A stretch of 63,540 nucleotides of DNA, filler included, from Licmophora abbreviata (lineage: Eukaryota): assembly GCA_900291995.1 (NCBI GenBank). It is 24 parts of 24 records of this genome, joined end to end, with 100 filler letters (N's around TTAATTAATTAA, not from the genome) between each part and the next. Parts side by side here need not be neighbours in the genome. Positions count along the whole stretch, not along the records: positions 44,403 to 45,802 come from OLMU01006002.1; positions 45,903 to 48,756 come from OLMU01006004.1; positions 48,857 to 52,874 come from OLMU01006005.1; positions 52,975 to 55,560 come from OLMU01006006.1; positions 55,661 to 56,749 come from OLMU01006008.1; 19 more parts are not named here. One strand, given 5' to 3'. Each line of letters opens with the position of its first letter. The first letter of the stretch is position 1. A program made the position numbers and the translations under genes. Of the stretch, positions 44,403 to 56,749 are shown one piece after another. A model generated the notes under the pieces. The model saw only the letters and a program-made list of their open reading frames with translations. It was not told where the DNA came from and did no database searches.

Positions 44403-45219
44403 ACTGCGGAAGAAGAGCTAGACGAGGATGTACTCGTCTACAAAGGATTTTATGAACCTCTTTTTCAAGGTACGGAAGGTCTCTTGGACTTGCTGGACGA
44501 CGCGGTCCTTCATGCCGTTGCAACGTATCCAGACCGCGACATTGTGACGTGTGGTCACAGCCTCGGCGGCGCACAGAGCATTTTGTATGGCTTGTATCTG
44601 GCACGCACCCTACTCGAGAATACTCCAATCTACAGTTGGTCCATCGGAACACCGCGTGTAGGGAATACTGGCTTTCAGATGGCCTGTGAGTCGACATCCA
44701 GTCTCTCCATTTGGCGTTTGGTGAATCGCAATGGTGCGTGCTTGCGTCAATGACGAGCTGTCAGCTGGAGGGATCATGTTTCGAAACTCTCCTGGATACT
44801 CTTCAATCATACTCACATACTTTGTGTCTGATTGATCATCCTTTCAAAAATGCCGTGTAGACATTGTTGCCCGATTGCCTCTGAAAAATACGCGTTACAC
44901 GCATGTGGGTAACTTGCTTCTATACAGCACTTCTACTGCAAGCAGCGGTATCGAGAACGGTGATGTGGTTCGTGCCTATTACGCACAAGAAGGCGATCTG
45001 ACACAAGGATATCGAGGAGTACCAAGGCGAGATTGGAATATCGACTACAGTTTGGACAACATTCTAGGTCCGCTCGTCCATCATTTTTGGTGGAAGTACC
45101 AAGATATGATGGATCGAGTGATTCGAGACGACGGGTGGCCTGTGGAGTTTGAGCAAGTCGATGAGGCAAGAAAGGATGATTGTCGACACTTTTGGATTCT
45201 TTGTTGGGGAGGGTATTAG
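44403..45219 (+). CDS. Lipase class 3 (5' truncated; intron 44734-44860)
   Basis: V.KGF, CGHSLGGA nucleophile elbow, GTPRVGN, RLVNRNDIVARLP across the splice junction, YTHVG. Confidence 0.92.
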
Positions 45220-45903
45220 ATAAAATCCAGCATTTAGTCTCTAGTATCGTAGTGTCTTCTACGAAAGGCCGATCAAAAAAGGAATGTCACCTCAAGCACC
45301 CGTGGTAGTCTTGCGTCCACGATTCCAAATTAGGGATCACTCCTACTGTCTATCATAATAAGCCTTCCCCCCGACTCCTTTTAAATGTGTGACTAGTGTC
45401 TAGCTATCGTATGATATCCCGTCGCTACTACGGTAGCCTAGAGAAGTGTGGCGGGAACCCAAGTCAGTTCGAAGTGTGGCGCGAATCCAAGTTCGAACTA
45501 TTTAGTCATGGTGCGACCTCGAAGAAATGTCGTGGCAGTCTTGTGAGATTGACATTCGCCGAAGGCCGAAAGCTGAAACGGACCGATATCTTCAGTCCTT
45601 TGGAAGGACGACCGAGCTACCACAGGGAATCTTGAGAGATCTTCTGCACAAGAGACATGCCATCCAAACTGGAACGACTTAACAAGTCTCATTGACTGCC
45701 CTATGAAGTCTGAGACAAGTGATCGGTTCCTAACGCCACCCTGGACCGTTTTGCTAAATTTTCTACACACTGGTATACTGCCTTCTACGTGACCATAGAG
45801 AANNNNNNNNNNNNNNNNNNNNNNNNNNNNNNNNNNNNNNNNNNNNTTAATTAATTAANNNNNNNNNNNNNNNNNNNNNNNNNNNNNNNNNNNNNNNNNN
45901 NNC

Positions 45904-48453
45904 ACTAATCCTCCCACCACCAAGACTACAGAAATAGCATCATTCACGGAATCTGTTGCTGCTGGTTCGTCAGGACGAGGCGTAGTTGAGGCTGGTCCAG
46001 GCAGGTGGCACCCCACTATATACGATTCGCTCGTCTCAGCCAATTCTTCCGCCTCCAAGACGCAAGAGATCGCCTCATTAACGCAAGCGAGTGCTGCTGG
46101 TATGTCAGAGCAAGGCCTAGTCGAGTCTGGCCCAAGCAAGTGGCGTCCCACCATTGACAATTCGCTCGTCTCGGAAATCGTTGGCGAGCCGGAACGATTC
46201 GACGTTATTTGCGGGATCGACCGTAACTGTCAGCGGCACGATGGCAATCTGGAGTTTCGGAAATTGATCAAACATTACCGCGCCATGTATCAGGGAAGCA
46301 GCGCCGTGGCCAACGTGGCACGACAAACGACCCCACACCCCATGCCGACGCCTCGATCGGAAAAGGCGAAAATAATCAAGCATATCATGCAGCTAGTGGC
46401 CCATTGGAAGCCTGGAGGACGGTTTGTCCGATTCCAACCGGAAACCAACGCGTGGCATGTTGTGGGAGAGGAAGGCGTCTATGAGAAGGTACAGCATGCG
46501 TTACGACACAAGTCGAAATTGAGACCTGGCGAGAAACGTAAGGGCAAGAAACCTCCAGAGCAACTGAGCAATGTGGGCGATCAATACCCGAGCGATCCCG
46601 ATTTTTTTGTCGTCTTTGCGCTGCAACAGAAACTGCTGGCAAGGCTCGTCGAGGAAGAGTTTGGAACGGCGAAGGGGAAAGCAATAATGATACGGGCAGA
46701 AGAGTTGTTGTTGGCGCCAATAGGTATTGAGAGCCGCCCTAGCGAAGACAATGTCGTCAAGAAGAAACTGAAAAAGAGCCCAGAGGCTTCGTCGTTGCCA
46801 CAAAATTTGCTGCCCTTGAAGGACACCGGCACTGTCCTGTCACCGATCGCAGATTCTCCCTACTCGGATGACAGTGACGACAACGACGACGAAAGTGTCG
46901 AGAAAAGTATCGCATCAGTCAGTGATGGCGAGGATACCAAGACAAGGATAAATGGTCCCGCGCTTACCAATGCTGCGACTCCTTGGCGCGTTGTTATGAG
47001 CCGCAAACTTGACAAGGAGGACAACAAGATAGGACTCTTCGACCCCGAATCTGTTGATTCAAATGAGCTCATTGACAAACAATCACCTCAGGATGTGTTG
47101 TGCGGCAAAGGCGGTCGTACCAATCTGAACTTCGGGAATATTGTAAGTGTCGATTCTCGAGGTGTGGTTGCTTTTGTTTTGTTGAATTTGTCTTTCCACT
47201 CACCTTCCGCGCTCTCTATCATGTACTCTCGTTGCGTTCGTTCAAAAGCGTCTTCGACGGCTTGTAAACCAGAACAAGATTTTGTATCATCATATTGGAA
47301 ACTCGACTGGAATGCAACGAATCAAGGGATGCCTGTCACGCAGCATCGTGGATGCAGTTCGTGGGTACAAGGCTCGCTTTCTGAAAACTGACAAGGCAAG
47401 TGGCAAGTTCAAGGACATCGGTCACGCCGAGTCCAGACTCAAGGTGTCACAAGCTCTGCGGGACTCTTCGGCACTGTGGAACATGCAAGGGGACAGTTCC
47501 AAACGACCTTGGAAGAAGAAGAAAGAAGCCATTGCCGAAGGCGGTGTTACATTTCTATCTGCCAACGACGCGGCCATTCCAAATTTTCCAGCACCGGTTG
47601 ACGCACCCATGCTCGCAAGACTTTCTCACGCCCGTCCAGCACCGCAGGCAGCATTACGTGGCGGAGAGTTGAAGCCTGCAGCGAAGAGCACACCAAATTA
47701 GCAAAGAATGCCCAGCCGTCTAAGAAAAAGAAGAGGAGAAAGACACAGGCGCAGCTGACGAGGGAACATCAAACAGCCGCGAGACAGGCATTGGAGGCTA
47801 CCGTGGCTCGGCAGAGAAAGGAGTATCTGAAACGACTCGATACTTCCGTGGATATGTCGATACTTGCCAACATGTTCAAGCAACCATCGCCTCAAGGACA
47901 GCCAGCAACGGTCTCTTCGAGTTTTGCGAGTTTCCCAATGTCGTATGAAGCCAGCTTTGGTGCGGGGGCGGTACTCCCGCAAGCCTCTTCTACCAGTATG
48001 ATCGACGGAGGCATCCTGGGTGAGGTTCATCCATTACCGACGAGACCGACAATGCCCTCTCAGATCCAGCACTCCCATCAATCCGCTTCCGATACCATTG
48101 CGGGCTTGTCGGCCCACGAACGAGTTGCGAGTCTTGCTTTGTTGGGATTTTCTCGAACGACTGGCCAGCAACCGTCTGCAGTAGAGCAGGCTGAGAGTCC
48201 TGCCCCTTACTATGGAACAACTTCTCTACGTACGATAGCTCCTACTCAGCTGGCCACAAGCATGCATCCTGACGGACCAACGACAGCATATCCAGCACGA
48301 CCAGTTTATAACTTGGTGTCAACCGCCTCTGCAACGGGACCAATGGAACAAACGTTGCATCACGACCCGACCGCCGCGGATAGTGAGAGCGAAACGTCAT
48401 ATTCGACGGATGATTCTGGGGATGAATCGTCCATTGAAATGAACGGGATCTGA
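45904..48453 (+). CDS. Protein with two DUF6824 domains (5' truncated; intron 47143-47248; frameshift near 47697)
   Basis: DVICG......H.GN.EFRKLI...GGRFV...EKV.HALR and DVLCGKGG...GNI/RLRRLV...ARFL...KVSQALRD. Confidence 0.85.
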
Positions 48454-49200
48454 ATTGTTTTAACTTACTTTGGGGTTCACAAGAGAGTAGTATACAATAC
48501 ACAAGCTGGACAATGCGACAACCCTTGTCGTTCCGGCTTGCCTTAACGCTAGAGCACGATTCATTCATGTGAGGAGAAAGTGTGCTCGGCGTATCGGTAG
48601 GCTCATAGCCCTTTGCGTGAGTACCGCATTCGTGAACTCCTTAGCGTCACCCACTATTCGTCTCCTGTGTCCGTGATACTATTATGATGCGATACGAACA
48701 CACTGAACGCCATTACTCTACGTCACTATGATACGCTCGCGCGCCCGGGTAGGATTNNNNNNNNNNNNNNNNNNNNNNNNNNNNNNNNNNNNNNNNNNNN
48801 TTAATTAATTAANNNNNNNNNNNNNNNNNNNNNNNNNNNNNNNNNNNNNNNNNNNNGTTTTCGACTTAGCCATTTTCTCTTCTTTTTTGCGCGACCGCGG
48901 GTGCGAACTCTCATTACGCTCTCCTTGTCGGGCTTTGGAACCTCGTGGCGGTAGGAAAGTCTACATAATTTCTACATACGCGAAATACGTTGATTCCTAC
49001 TGAGTGCGCGCCGGCACGAACGTACATCTAATCCTACCCGACAAGACTGTGATTTCGTTCGAACATCACGAATGCCGACAACGCGGTTGCTATCCTTCGG
49101 GTGAACCTCGCCGATCAGGCCTTTTTACTTTACTTTCGCAGGAGCCAGTGCTGGGCCTGAAGCGGCTGTAGTTTCCCCAAACTACGGTAGTCTCATTGTC

Positions 49201-52200
49201 ATGCGTGGCTTCGACCTCGTTTGGGTGGCTGTTGCGCTGTCTGTAAGACCAACAGAAGCAACTAGGAGCGGCAATCTATTGAAACATGGACAAGCAGCGA
49301 AAGTTGGCAGGATTCCTGTAGAGCAGCAGAAGAAGACCAACAAGCAGGAGGCTGCAGGGTCAGTCGCCGGCCGTCTTTCTCACGACATGCTCTTTACTAC
49401 AGCCATCACGTTTGCCTCGCTATATGGCGACGTTACTAGAGGAGACGAACAAGAGCTGGTTGTTACTACTGTCGGGAGCAACGAGGAGGCTTCAAAAAGA
49501 GACGAGTCGACTGTCGATTCTTCTTCTACCGGTAGTTCTTCTCGTACGGACAGTTTTGTCGAGCCGCTTCGTTCTCTTTTCGAAGGCGACTCCGGGGGTC
49601 TCCCGTTGCCACTGAAAGTGAGCATGAAGAACGACGAAACACCTGGAACTACTAGTCATCAGCATCACCGCGAACTTCAAGGCATTCTTTGCCTGGGTCC
49701 CGTTATTGACGACTCCTTTGTTCGCTGCTATGGGGATGACATTCCCACTTTTGGTCTTGTATCAGTCTTTCTCTGTCCCATTGACGCTGAGTTTCTCATA
49801 GAGTGCAGCATGGAATGTGACATTTACCTTGAAGAAGAGCCTGGGGATATCAACGTGTTGTCACCGACGTGTTCTTCTTGCGGCGTGTGTACTGCCATTG
49901 ACGACTTGAATCTCATGCAATTCGACTGTTCCAATTTATTTCGTGGTGCATGTGCTGAACAAGACTGCGACGGTATGTGTCTGGCAGAAGACGACACTCC
50001 CAGCGCGAGGCCACCTCCAGTCGGCGCTCCGTCGATCACGCTAGGTCCCGCGCCCAGCCCGCCGCTCGGTCCCACGCCCGGTCCAACCGAACTCTCGCAG
50101 AATTGCCTGGCGGCTCCTTTCGAAGACTCGTGTCCAGAAATCTTCCAGGCCAATGGAAGTTGTGAGCGGGGACGAATCTTCCCGTGTCTCGACGCCGACT
50201 GTCTGGATTGTGATCCCTGTTTCGAGCTGTACAGTTATGATTGTGCCGAGTGTGTGGCGAATGGCTGCTTTTGGTGTCCGGGCGATGCGGTGTGCTCGTC
50301 CTATGACATTTCTTTGGATTCTTCCATTCGAATCTCTTCGTGTCAGCAAGGAGAGTGGCTCACGATGTGTCCTGCAACGGACGGCAACAATTTCTTTGCC
50401 GATCCCTTGTTTGGGGCCATGCAGTGGGCGTACGACATGATCAATGTAGAATCTGTTTGGAAGGAAGGTGTCACGGGTGCTGGAGTTCATATTCGAATCA
50501 ATGATGGAGGAGTGGATCCAAATCATGCCGAATTTGCGGGAAGGTTTGATGTCGCAAATTCCTGTCCCCTCTATGCGCCTGAATCCAACGATGCGACGCA
50601 TGGTACAGCAACGGCTTCTATTGCCGCCGCGGGAGCCAACAACAACGAGTGTGCTGTCGGCATTGCACACGGCGCCACGGTCTCATCCTGTAGGAACATC
50701 CCCGATGACGCTGAGACCGAAACCGAAAACACCGCGGATGCCATATTGGCGTCCCTCAATGAGATCGATATTTCATCCAACTCGTGGGGTGCACCAACCT
50801 GCGTAAGTCTTTCTCGGCGTCGGCTGCAGCAGTGTCCGTTCGATCAAGATCATGAATTTTCGCCTTGTCCAGAGTGCGACTTTTCGATCTCTCCTCTTTC
50901 GGAACGTTGCAAGCAAGCCATATCTCTGTACTGTCAACTTGCCAACTCTGGAAATGATCAAGCGGCATGCAACGAGTTTCTTGACTTGTTTGTGGATTGT
51001 GTCTTTGACATTCCACGTGAAGATATTGAAGCATCGGTGACTCGATCCATTCTGGAGGGACGAGGTGGGAAAGGCATTGTTTTCATGGTCTCGGCAGGCA
51101 ACTCCCATGGTCTCGGCGGGGATATCAACTATGAGTTGTTCAAAAACTCTCGATATACGATTGCCGTAGGCGCTGTGGGAAAGTTAGGACTGCACGCGTC
51201 CTGTAAGTGAATCTCAGTGCTCTATCATTCTATTGAATTAACAATCAGCGCTCAATGGCATTTTCATTCTTGGCCTTTCTTTGTCAGACTCGACTCCCGG
51301 GGCTGCAGTCTTTGTTTCCGCACCTGGCGGCGACCGAGAGTTCCGATCAAACAATATTGTTGCCAAACCTGGAGGGGGTTGTCGAGACGCAACGGTCGGC
51401 ACATCATTCGCTTGTCCAGTTGTTACAGGCGTGGTTGCACTTATACTGGAAGTCAATCCGGAGCTTGGCTGGCGTGACGTTCAAGGTATCATCGCCACCA
51501 CATCGCAAATGGTAGACGCAGGAGACGAATCATGGACTGTTAACGCAGCTGGCTTGGCACATTCAGTTAAGTATGGGTTCGGAATCATCGATGCTTCCGC
51601 AGCCGTCGCTGCCGCCAGTAATTGGACAAATTTTCTTCCAGAACAAACGCTTGAAGTCACATCTGGGGTGATTAATGTTCCAATTTCTGACGATCCGACG
51701 GCGACGGCGACATCGACGGTTTCAGTCTCTGACGATTTGATTGTTGAATCTGTTATCGTTCTTCTGGATGTGTTGCATTCATCGCGGGGCCACTTAAGGA
51801 TTACTCTCACTTCTCCAAGCGGCACCGAGTCAGTTCTGGTGCCCGGAAGTCGACCTGAAAACACCCAGCTGGGAAATGAAGAGCGCTGGGAGCTCATGAC
51901 GGTTCGCTCCTGGGGCGAATCTGCCGTTGGCGAATGGAGTCTTTCTGTCGCTGACGAAAAGACGGGCGATACTAGCGACTGCGTTGACCTCATGGGCTGG
52001 ACTACAAGGGTGTTGTTTCAGGGAGGTGAGGTAGCGGATCTTTCTTGTCCGTTTATGGAACGAATCGGGGCCTGCGCAGACGGTGAGCCTCTTATCGATG
52101 TGCCAATTGGTCAGCTGACAAATGACGAAGGGGTTCGGTTTACCACAGCTTGCTGCGATTGTGGTGGAGGAATTGCGGCTTCGTCTCTGAACGATATGTT

Positions 52201-52387
52201 GAAATCATGGAAGCTCGTTCTGAACGGGAGCCCGACGACGGATGCCACCGATCCTCCAGCCACCGATCCGCCAGCCACCTTTCCCCCGACGAGGATGACC
52301 AGCGGAGTGGGTCCTTTCCTGCGATCGACCAGTGTCCTTGTCGTTGAAGTCATCCTATCCTTGTTTGTGTTGGTAGGCATCTATTAG
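49201..52387 (+). CDS. Kexin/furin-like subtilase (S8B) with P-domain and C-terminal hydrophobic anchor (intron 51203-51287)
   Basis: Catalytic motifs INDGGVD, HGTATA, SAGN, GTSFACP; SSNSWG; LGWRDVQ; KYGFG; H..RGHLRITLTSPSGT (P-domain). Confidence 0.93.
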
Positions 52388-52623
52388 TAGTATTAAATGA
52401 TGTTACAAAGCTGGACCAGGAGTACCGTATGCTATGTCTGTAAAGGTCGATTCGAGGCCATGTGAAAGTGTCTTGGTCGCACCGCTACCGGTATCATGGT
52501 CTACCTGCGGCTCAGCGAGCTATCTTGGCGGATACCACATTGCTGTTTAGCTCGAGACGGCCAATGTTTAATGCTTCTAATTTTAGTCGAAGCAGTCAAT
52601 TCGGTTTGAAGTTGAGACGGATG

Positions 52624-52643
52624 GTGACGTACCTGTGACGTAC
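52624..52643 (+). promoter_or_regulatory. Twin CCRE-like elements GTGACGTACCTGTGACGTAC upstream of bestrophin copy 1
   Basis: TGACGT at 52625 and 52636; the same module occurs at 54658-54677. Confidence 0.7.
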
Positions 52644-52994
52644 GAGTACGTGCAAACTTCAATTTCGATTCAAAGATCTTTCACATCAAAGAATCAAAGA
52701 TCAGCGCAAAGTGATCGAAAGTTCAGGTAATCTACATACTTATCATAGCAACAAGATGATGATGGCCACCCTCGCTTTGCCTCTATGCTCGTAGCACTGG
52801 CGGCCCTTATCGTGGGGACGAGCGGCTTTGTCGCTCCGTCGACCCTCGTGACGCCGAGTAGAACTGAAACCAGGNNNNNNNNNNNNNNNNNNNNNNNNNN
52901 NNNNNNNNNNNNNNNNNNTTAATTAATTAANNNNNNNNNNNNNNNNNNNNNNNNNNNNNNNNNNNNNNNNNNNNATATTGATCATAGCAGCAAG

Positions 52995-54417
52995 ATGATG
53001 ATGGCCTACCCTCGCTTTGCCTCTATGCTTGTAGCACTGGCGGCCCTTATCGTGGGGACGAGCGGCTTTGTCGCTCCGTCGACCCTCGTGACGCCGAGTA
53101 GAACTGAAACCAGGCTCTCGGTCGACTCGGGTCGAGATGGTTTTCTTGGGCTCCCTCCCATCAAAGATATCGAATACGGAGAACAGAGCCGCAAGTACCG
53201 CCGTACTGTCTATTCTCACGACGACTGGAAAAAGCACCGCAATGCTGACCGTTTCCTCTACTACCTCGTTGCCAGTTTCAAGTCTGGCGTCTACAGAAGT
53301 ATGGGACGCGAAATCACTGCCGTTACGCTTATCGCGGTATTTGTCTGTGCGTACAACGCTGCGATTGGAGGGTATACGGATCTGGCGGGAGTGGAACAGC
53401 CTGCGATCATTGCCGCTGAGTGGGCACAAAAGATCGGACTGCCTCTCGCACCCTTCACCTTGGCCAGCCCGTCGCTCGGTCTTCTTCTAGGTACGCCGAA
53501 ATTGCCTTGGAGGGTCATCCTTTTCGTACGAATCTCTTGTCGTATTCTCACACATTCCGTATCGAAATCTTGGTTTCAGTTTTCCGTACCAACACGTCCT
53601 ACAAACGTGGGACGAAGCACGTAAGAACTGGGGAATGAACATTAATCACACCCGCGATCTTGTCCGTTTGGCCAACACCTTTTATGACAGCACAGGAGTC
53701 TCCCCCGAGCAGCGCCAGGACGATCTCGATCACGTCGCGCTGTGTACCTGGGCTTTTGTGCGCGCCATGAAACGTCACTTGTCCCCCGAAGAAGAGGACG
53801 AAGCAGCGTTCAAGGTGGAACTCTACGAAAGACTCCCACGACAGCAAGCGCAAATGATAATCGGCGCTGCCCATCGCCCCAACCGGGCCTTGCAAGATCT
53901 ATCCAATGCCATTGACGACCTTCCCATGCATTTTGTGAGAAAGAATGAAATCCACAAGGCAATTACTATTTTTGAGGACAACCTTGGGAGCTCTGAGCGA
54001 CTCTTGACGTCTCCAGTTCCACTATTCTATTCGCGTGATACGGCTCGCTTCTTGTACTTCTGGCTAGGGTTCATCCCTCTTGCTTTGTATGACCCCTTTG
54101 CTTCTACCTGGAATCACATTGGTATGGTCCCTGCCACCGCTGGTCTTGCACTATTTCTGTTTGGAATTGAAGAGCTCGCCACTCAGCTCGAGGAGCCCTT
54201 TACGATCCTTCCTATGCAAGCCTTCTGCGACAAGATTTACAACTGGTGTACGGAGATCATGTCTTGGTCGCCTGGTGACAATGGTGCACGTATGAGGCCA
54301 GTCCGGCAGGAGCATGCCCACTTTGTTGCCGTGTCGCCACCCATGCCGCCAGGACAAGGACCGCCAGTTCCAGGACAAGCGCAGCAGTCCCCCATGGGAG
54401 TTGGTATGCGTCCGTAG
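52995..54417 (+). CDS. Plastid-targeted bestrophin-like anion channel (VCCN1/BST, UPF0187); intron 53491-53579; frameshift near 53610
   Basis: TSG-FVAP presequence; SRKYRRTVY.HDDW..HR; LGLLLVFRTN.SY; ERLL.SPVP..Y.R.TARFL; GIEEL..QLEEPF..LP. Confidence 0.93.
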
Positions 54418-54657
54418 ACGAGCGGCTCTCGTCGGCTGATCCCTTGCATGTTGAATCTAGCAGCTGCAGTATAAGTCATAGTCAGGCCTAGTAGCAACAT
54501 GAAGAAAAGTACATTTGCAGTAGCTATAAAGCATCATCGCAAGTACGCTCAACAACCGGAACAGGCATGAAATAGCAGTAGAATTTTCAGTTTACTCGAA
54601 GAAGTCAAAGATCCATATCTTTCTCTATAAATCGGATGGTAAGAATGAGAAGCAACT

Positions 54658-54677
54658 GTGACGTACCTATGACGTAC
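54658..54677 (+). promoter_or_regulatory. Twin CCRE-like elements GTGACGTACCTATGACGTAC upstream of bestrophin copy 2
   Basis: TGACGT at 54659 and 54670; 19/20 identical to 52624-52643. Confidence 0.7.
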
Positions 54678-54807
54678 TTGCACTTGGAACTTCAAATCGG
54701 AGACGTTTTGGATCTTTACAGGCACCCATCACACAAACTGCCAAGCAGTGTGCATAAGATCCATCAACGAAGTCGTCTAGCGTACGACATTCTTAGCTTG
54801 CAAGAAG

Positions 54808-55560
54808 ATGGCCCGCCCCGGTTTCACCGTTTTGCTCTGCGCTCTCACAGGCTGGATTGCAGGGACGAGCGGCTTCGTGATCCCCTCGAACCTCCTGGCG
54901 ACTGGCAGAAGTGGAACTCTGCTACCCAGCTCCACGTCCACGAGCACTGGTTTCGATAGTTTCCTCGACCTCCCGCCGATCAAAGACATCGAGTACGGGG
55001 AGAAGAGCCGCAAGTACCGTCGAACTGTCTACTCCCACGATGACTGGAAGAAACACCGCGATTCCGACCGGTTCATCTACTACATCCTGGCCATTTTCAA
55101 ATCTGGGGTCTACAAGAACTTGAAGCGCGAAGTGACCGGCGTTACGGTCGTTGCCACCTTTGTGTGTCTCTACAACGCTCTCGTTGGGGGGTACACCGAT
55201 TTCGCGGGAGTGGAGCAGCCTGCGATTATCACTGCTGATTGGCTTCTGAAGATAGGACTCCCTCTGGCACCCTTTACGTTGGCAAGCCCTTCCCTTGGTC
55301 TCCTTCTAGGTACGAATCGAAATACACGTGTCGGCGGGGGTGGCCCTCGTTTTGCTTTGCACTTCCTTATTGATCTGACGTTTTCTGTATTGACACTCCC
55401 CTTACAGTGTTCCGTACCAACACGTCCTACCAGCGCTGGGACGAAGCGCGCAAGAACTGGGGAATGAACATCAATCATACCCGCGATCTCGTCCGCTTGG
55501 CCAACACCTTCTATGACAGCACTGGTCTTTCTCCCCAGGAGCGCGGAGAAGATCTTAATC
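54808..55560 (+). CDS. Second bestrophin-like paralogue (3' truncated; intron 55310-55407)
   Basis: Same motifs and intron position as copy 1, with diverged presequence and intron sequence; FRTNTSYQRWDEARKNWG. Confidence 0.93.
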
Positions 55561-55682
55561 NNNNNNNNNNNNNNNNNNNNNNNNNNNNNNNNNNNNNNNN
55601 NNNNTTAATTAATTAANNNNNNNNNNNNNNNNNNNNNNNNNNNNNNNNNNNNNNNNNNNNTGCTGACGTTGATGCCAGTACA

Positions 55683-56749
55683 ATGGACGATGAAAATACG
55701 CTGGCCGACTTTACAGTGACGAATCAGGATCACTCGCGTGACATTCTCGTCCAACCGCCGCCGCAGTCGCCTCCCATTTTGTCTGCCAAGCTCGTCGAGA
55801 ATGATACTCCATCGCCCCTGCCGCCTGCCGTTGAAGCTGTCGAGGTCGTAGAACCAACTCCTCCCAAGAGAGATGCTTTTACCATCTCGTGCTCCTGCAC
55901 GAAGCGAAAGGCAATCCTTCTTTCTGTGATCGGTTTGCTGTTGCTTGTGGGAGGTGTCGTGGGTGTGGTTGTCGCACTGACGGGCGGCGGCTCTTCTGAC
56001 GATTCCTCTGCAGAACAAGCGGTGACAAGTGGCAGCAATCCTACTCCAGCTCCCATTTCAACTGACAATCCAACTCGTACGCCAACAGAATCACCCACCA
56101 GCAGCCCTACTCCAGCTCCCATTTCAACTGACAATCCAACTCGTACGCCAACAGAATCACCCACCAGCAGGCCTACTCCAGCTCCCATTTCAACTGAAAA
56201 TCCAACTCTCACGCCAACAGAATCACCCATCAACTCACCGTTCGTTGATGGCTGGTCACAGCTCGGACAAGACATTGTCGGAAGCGGCAATGGTGATAGG
56301 TTCGGGTATTCCATTGCCATGTCGTCCGACGGCAGTATCCTTGCCGTGGGTGCAGTATTGAACGACGACAATGGAAGTGATTCCGGCCATGTGCGAGTGT
56401 TTGAACGGAATGGATCGAGTTGGGTCCCGTTGGGCCAGACTCTTGTCGGGGAGAATGCTGATGATCGCTTTGGTTACTCGGTCTCCTTGTCGTCCGACGG
56501 CAGTATCCTTGCCGTGGGTGCAATATGGAACGACAACAATGGAAGTCGGTCCGGCCATGTGCGAGTGTTTGAACGGAATGGATCGAGTTGGGTCCCATTG
56601 GGCCAGACTCGTTGTCGGGGAGAATGCTGGTGATTATTTTGGTTACTCGGTCTCCTTGTCGTCCGACGGCAGTATCCTTGCCGTGGGTGCAATATGGAAC
56701 GACGACAATGGAACTTGGTCCGGCCATGTGCGAGTGTTTCAACGGAATG
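55683..56749 (+). CDS. Type II membrane protein with PT-rich stalk and FG-GAP/beta-propeller repeats (3' truncated; 1-bp insertion near 56610)
   Basis: TM segment AILLSVIGLLLLVGGVVGVVVAL; repeats FGYSVSLSSDGSILAVGA..NDDNG..SGHVRVF. Confidence 0.88.
56041..56230. repeat. 66-bp coding tandem repeat x3 (PTPAPISTDNPTRTPTESPTSS)
   Basis: CTACTCCAGCTCCCATTTC occurs at 56041, 56107 and 56173. Confidence 0.93.
56290..56749. repeat. 168-bp near-identical coding repeat (FG-GAP units), about 3 copies
   Basis: GTCGTCCGACGGCAGTATCC occurs at 56321, 56489 and 56658. Confidence 0.92.

Noticed and set aside
48746..49040. 11-bp inverted repeat CGGGTAGGATT / AATCCTACCCG as MITE ends
   Set aside because: Short, interrupted by a linker, with no target-site duplication or second copy visible.
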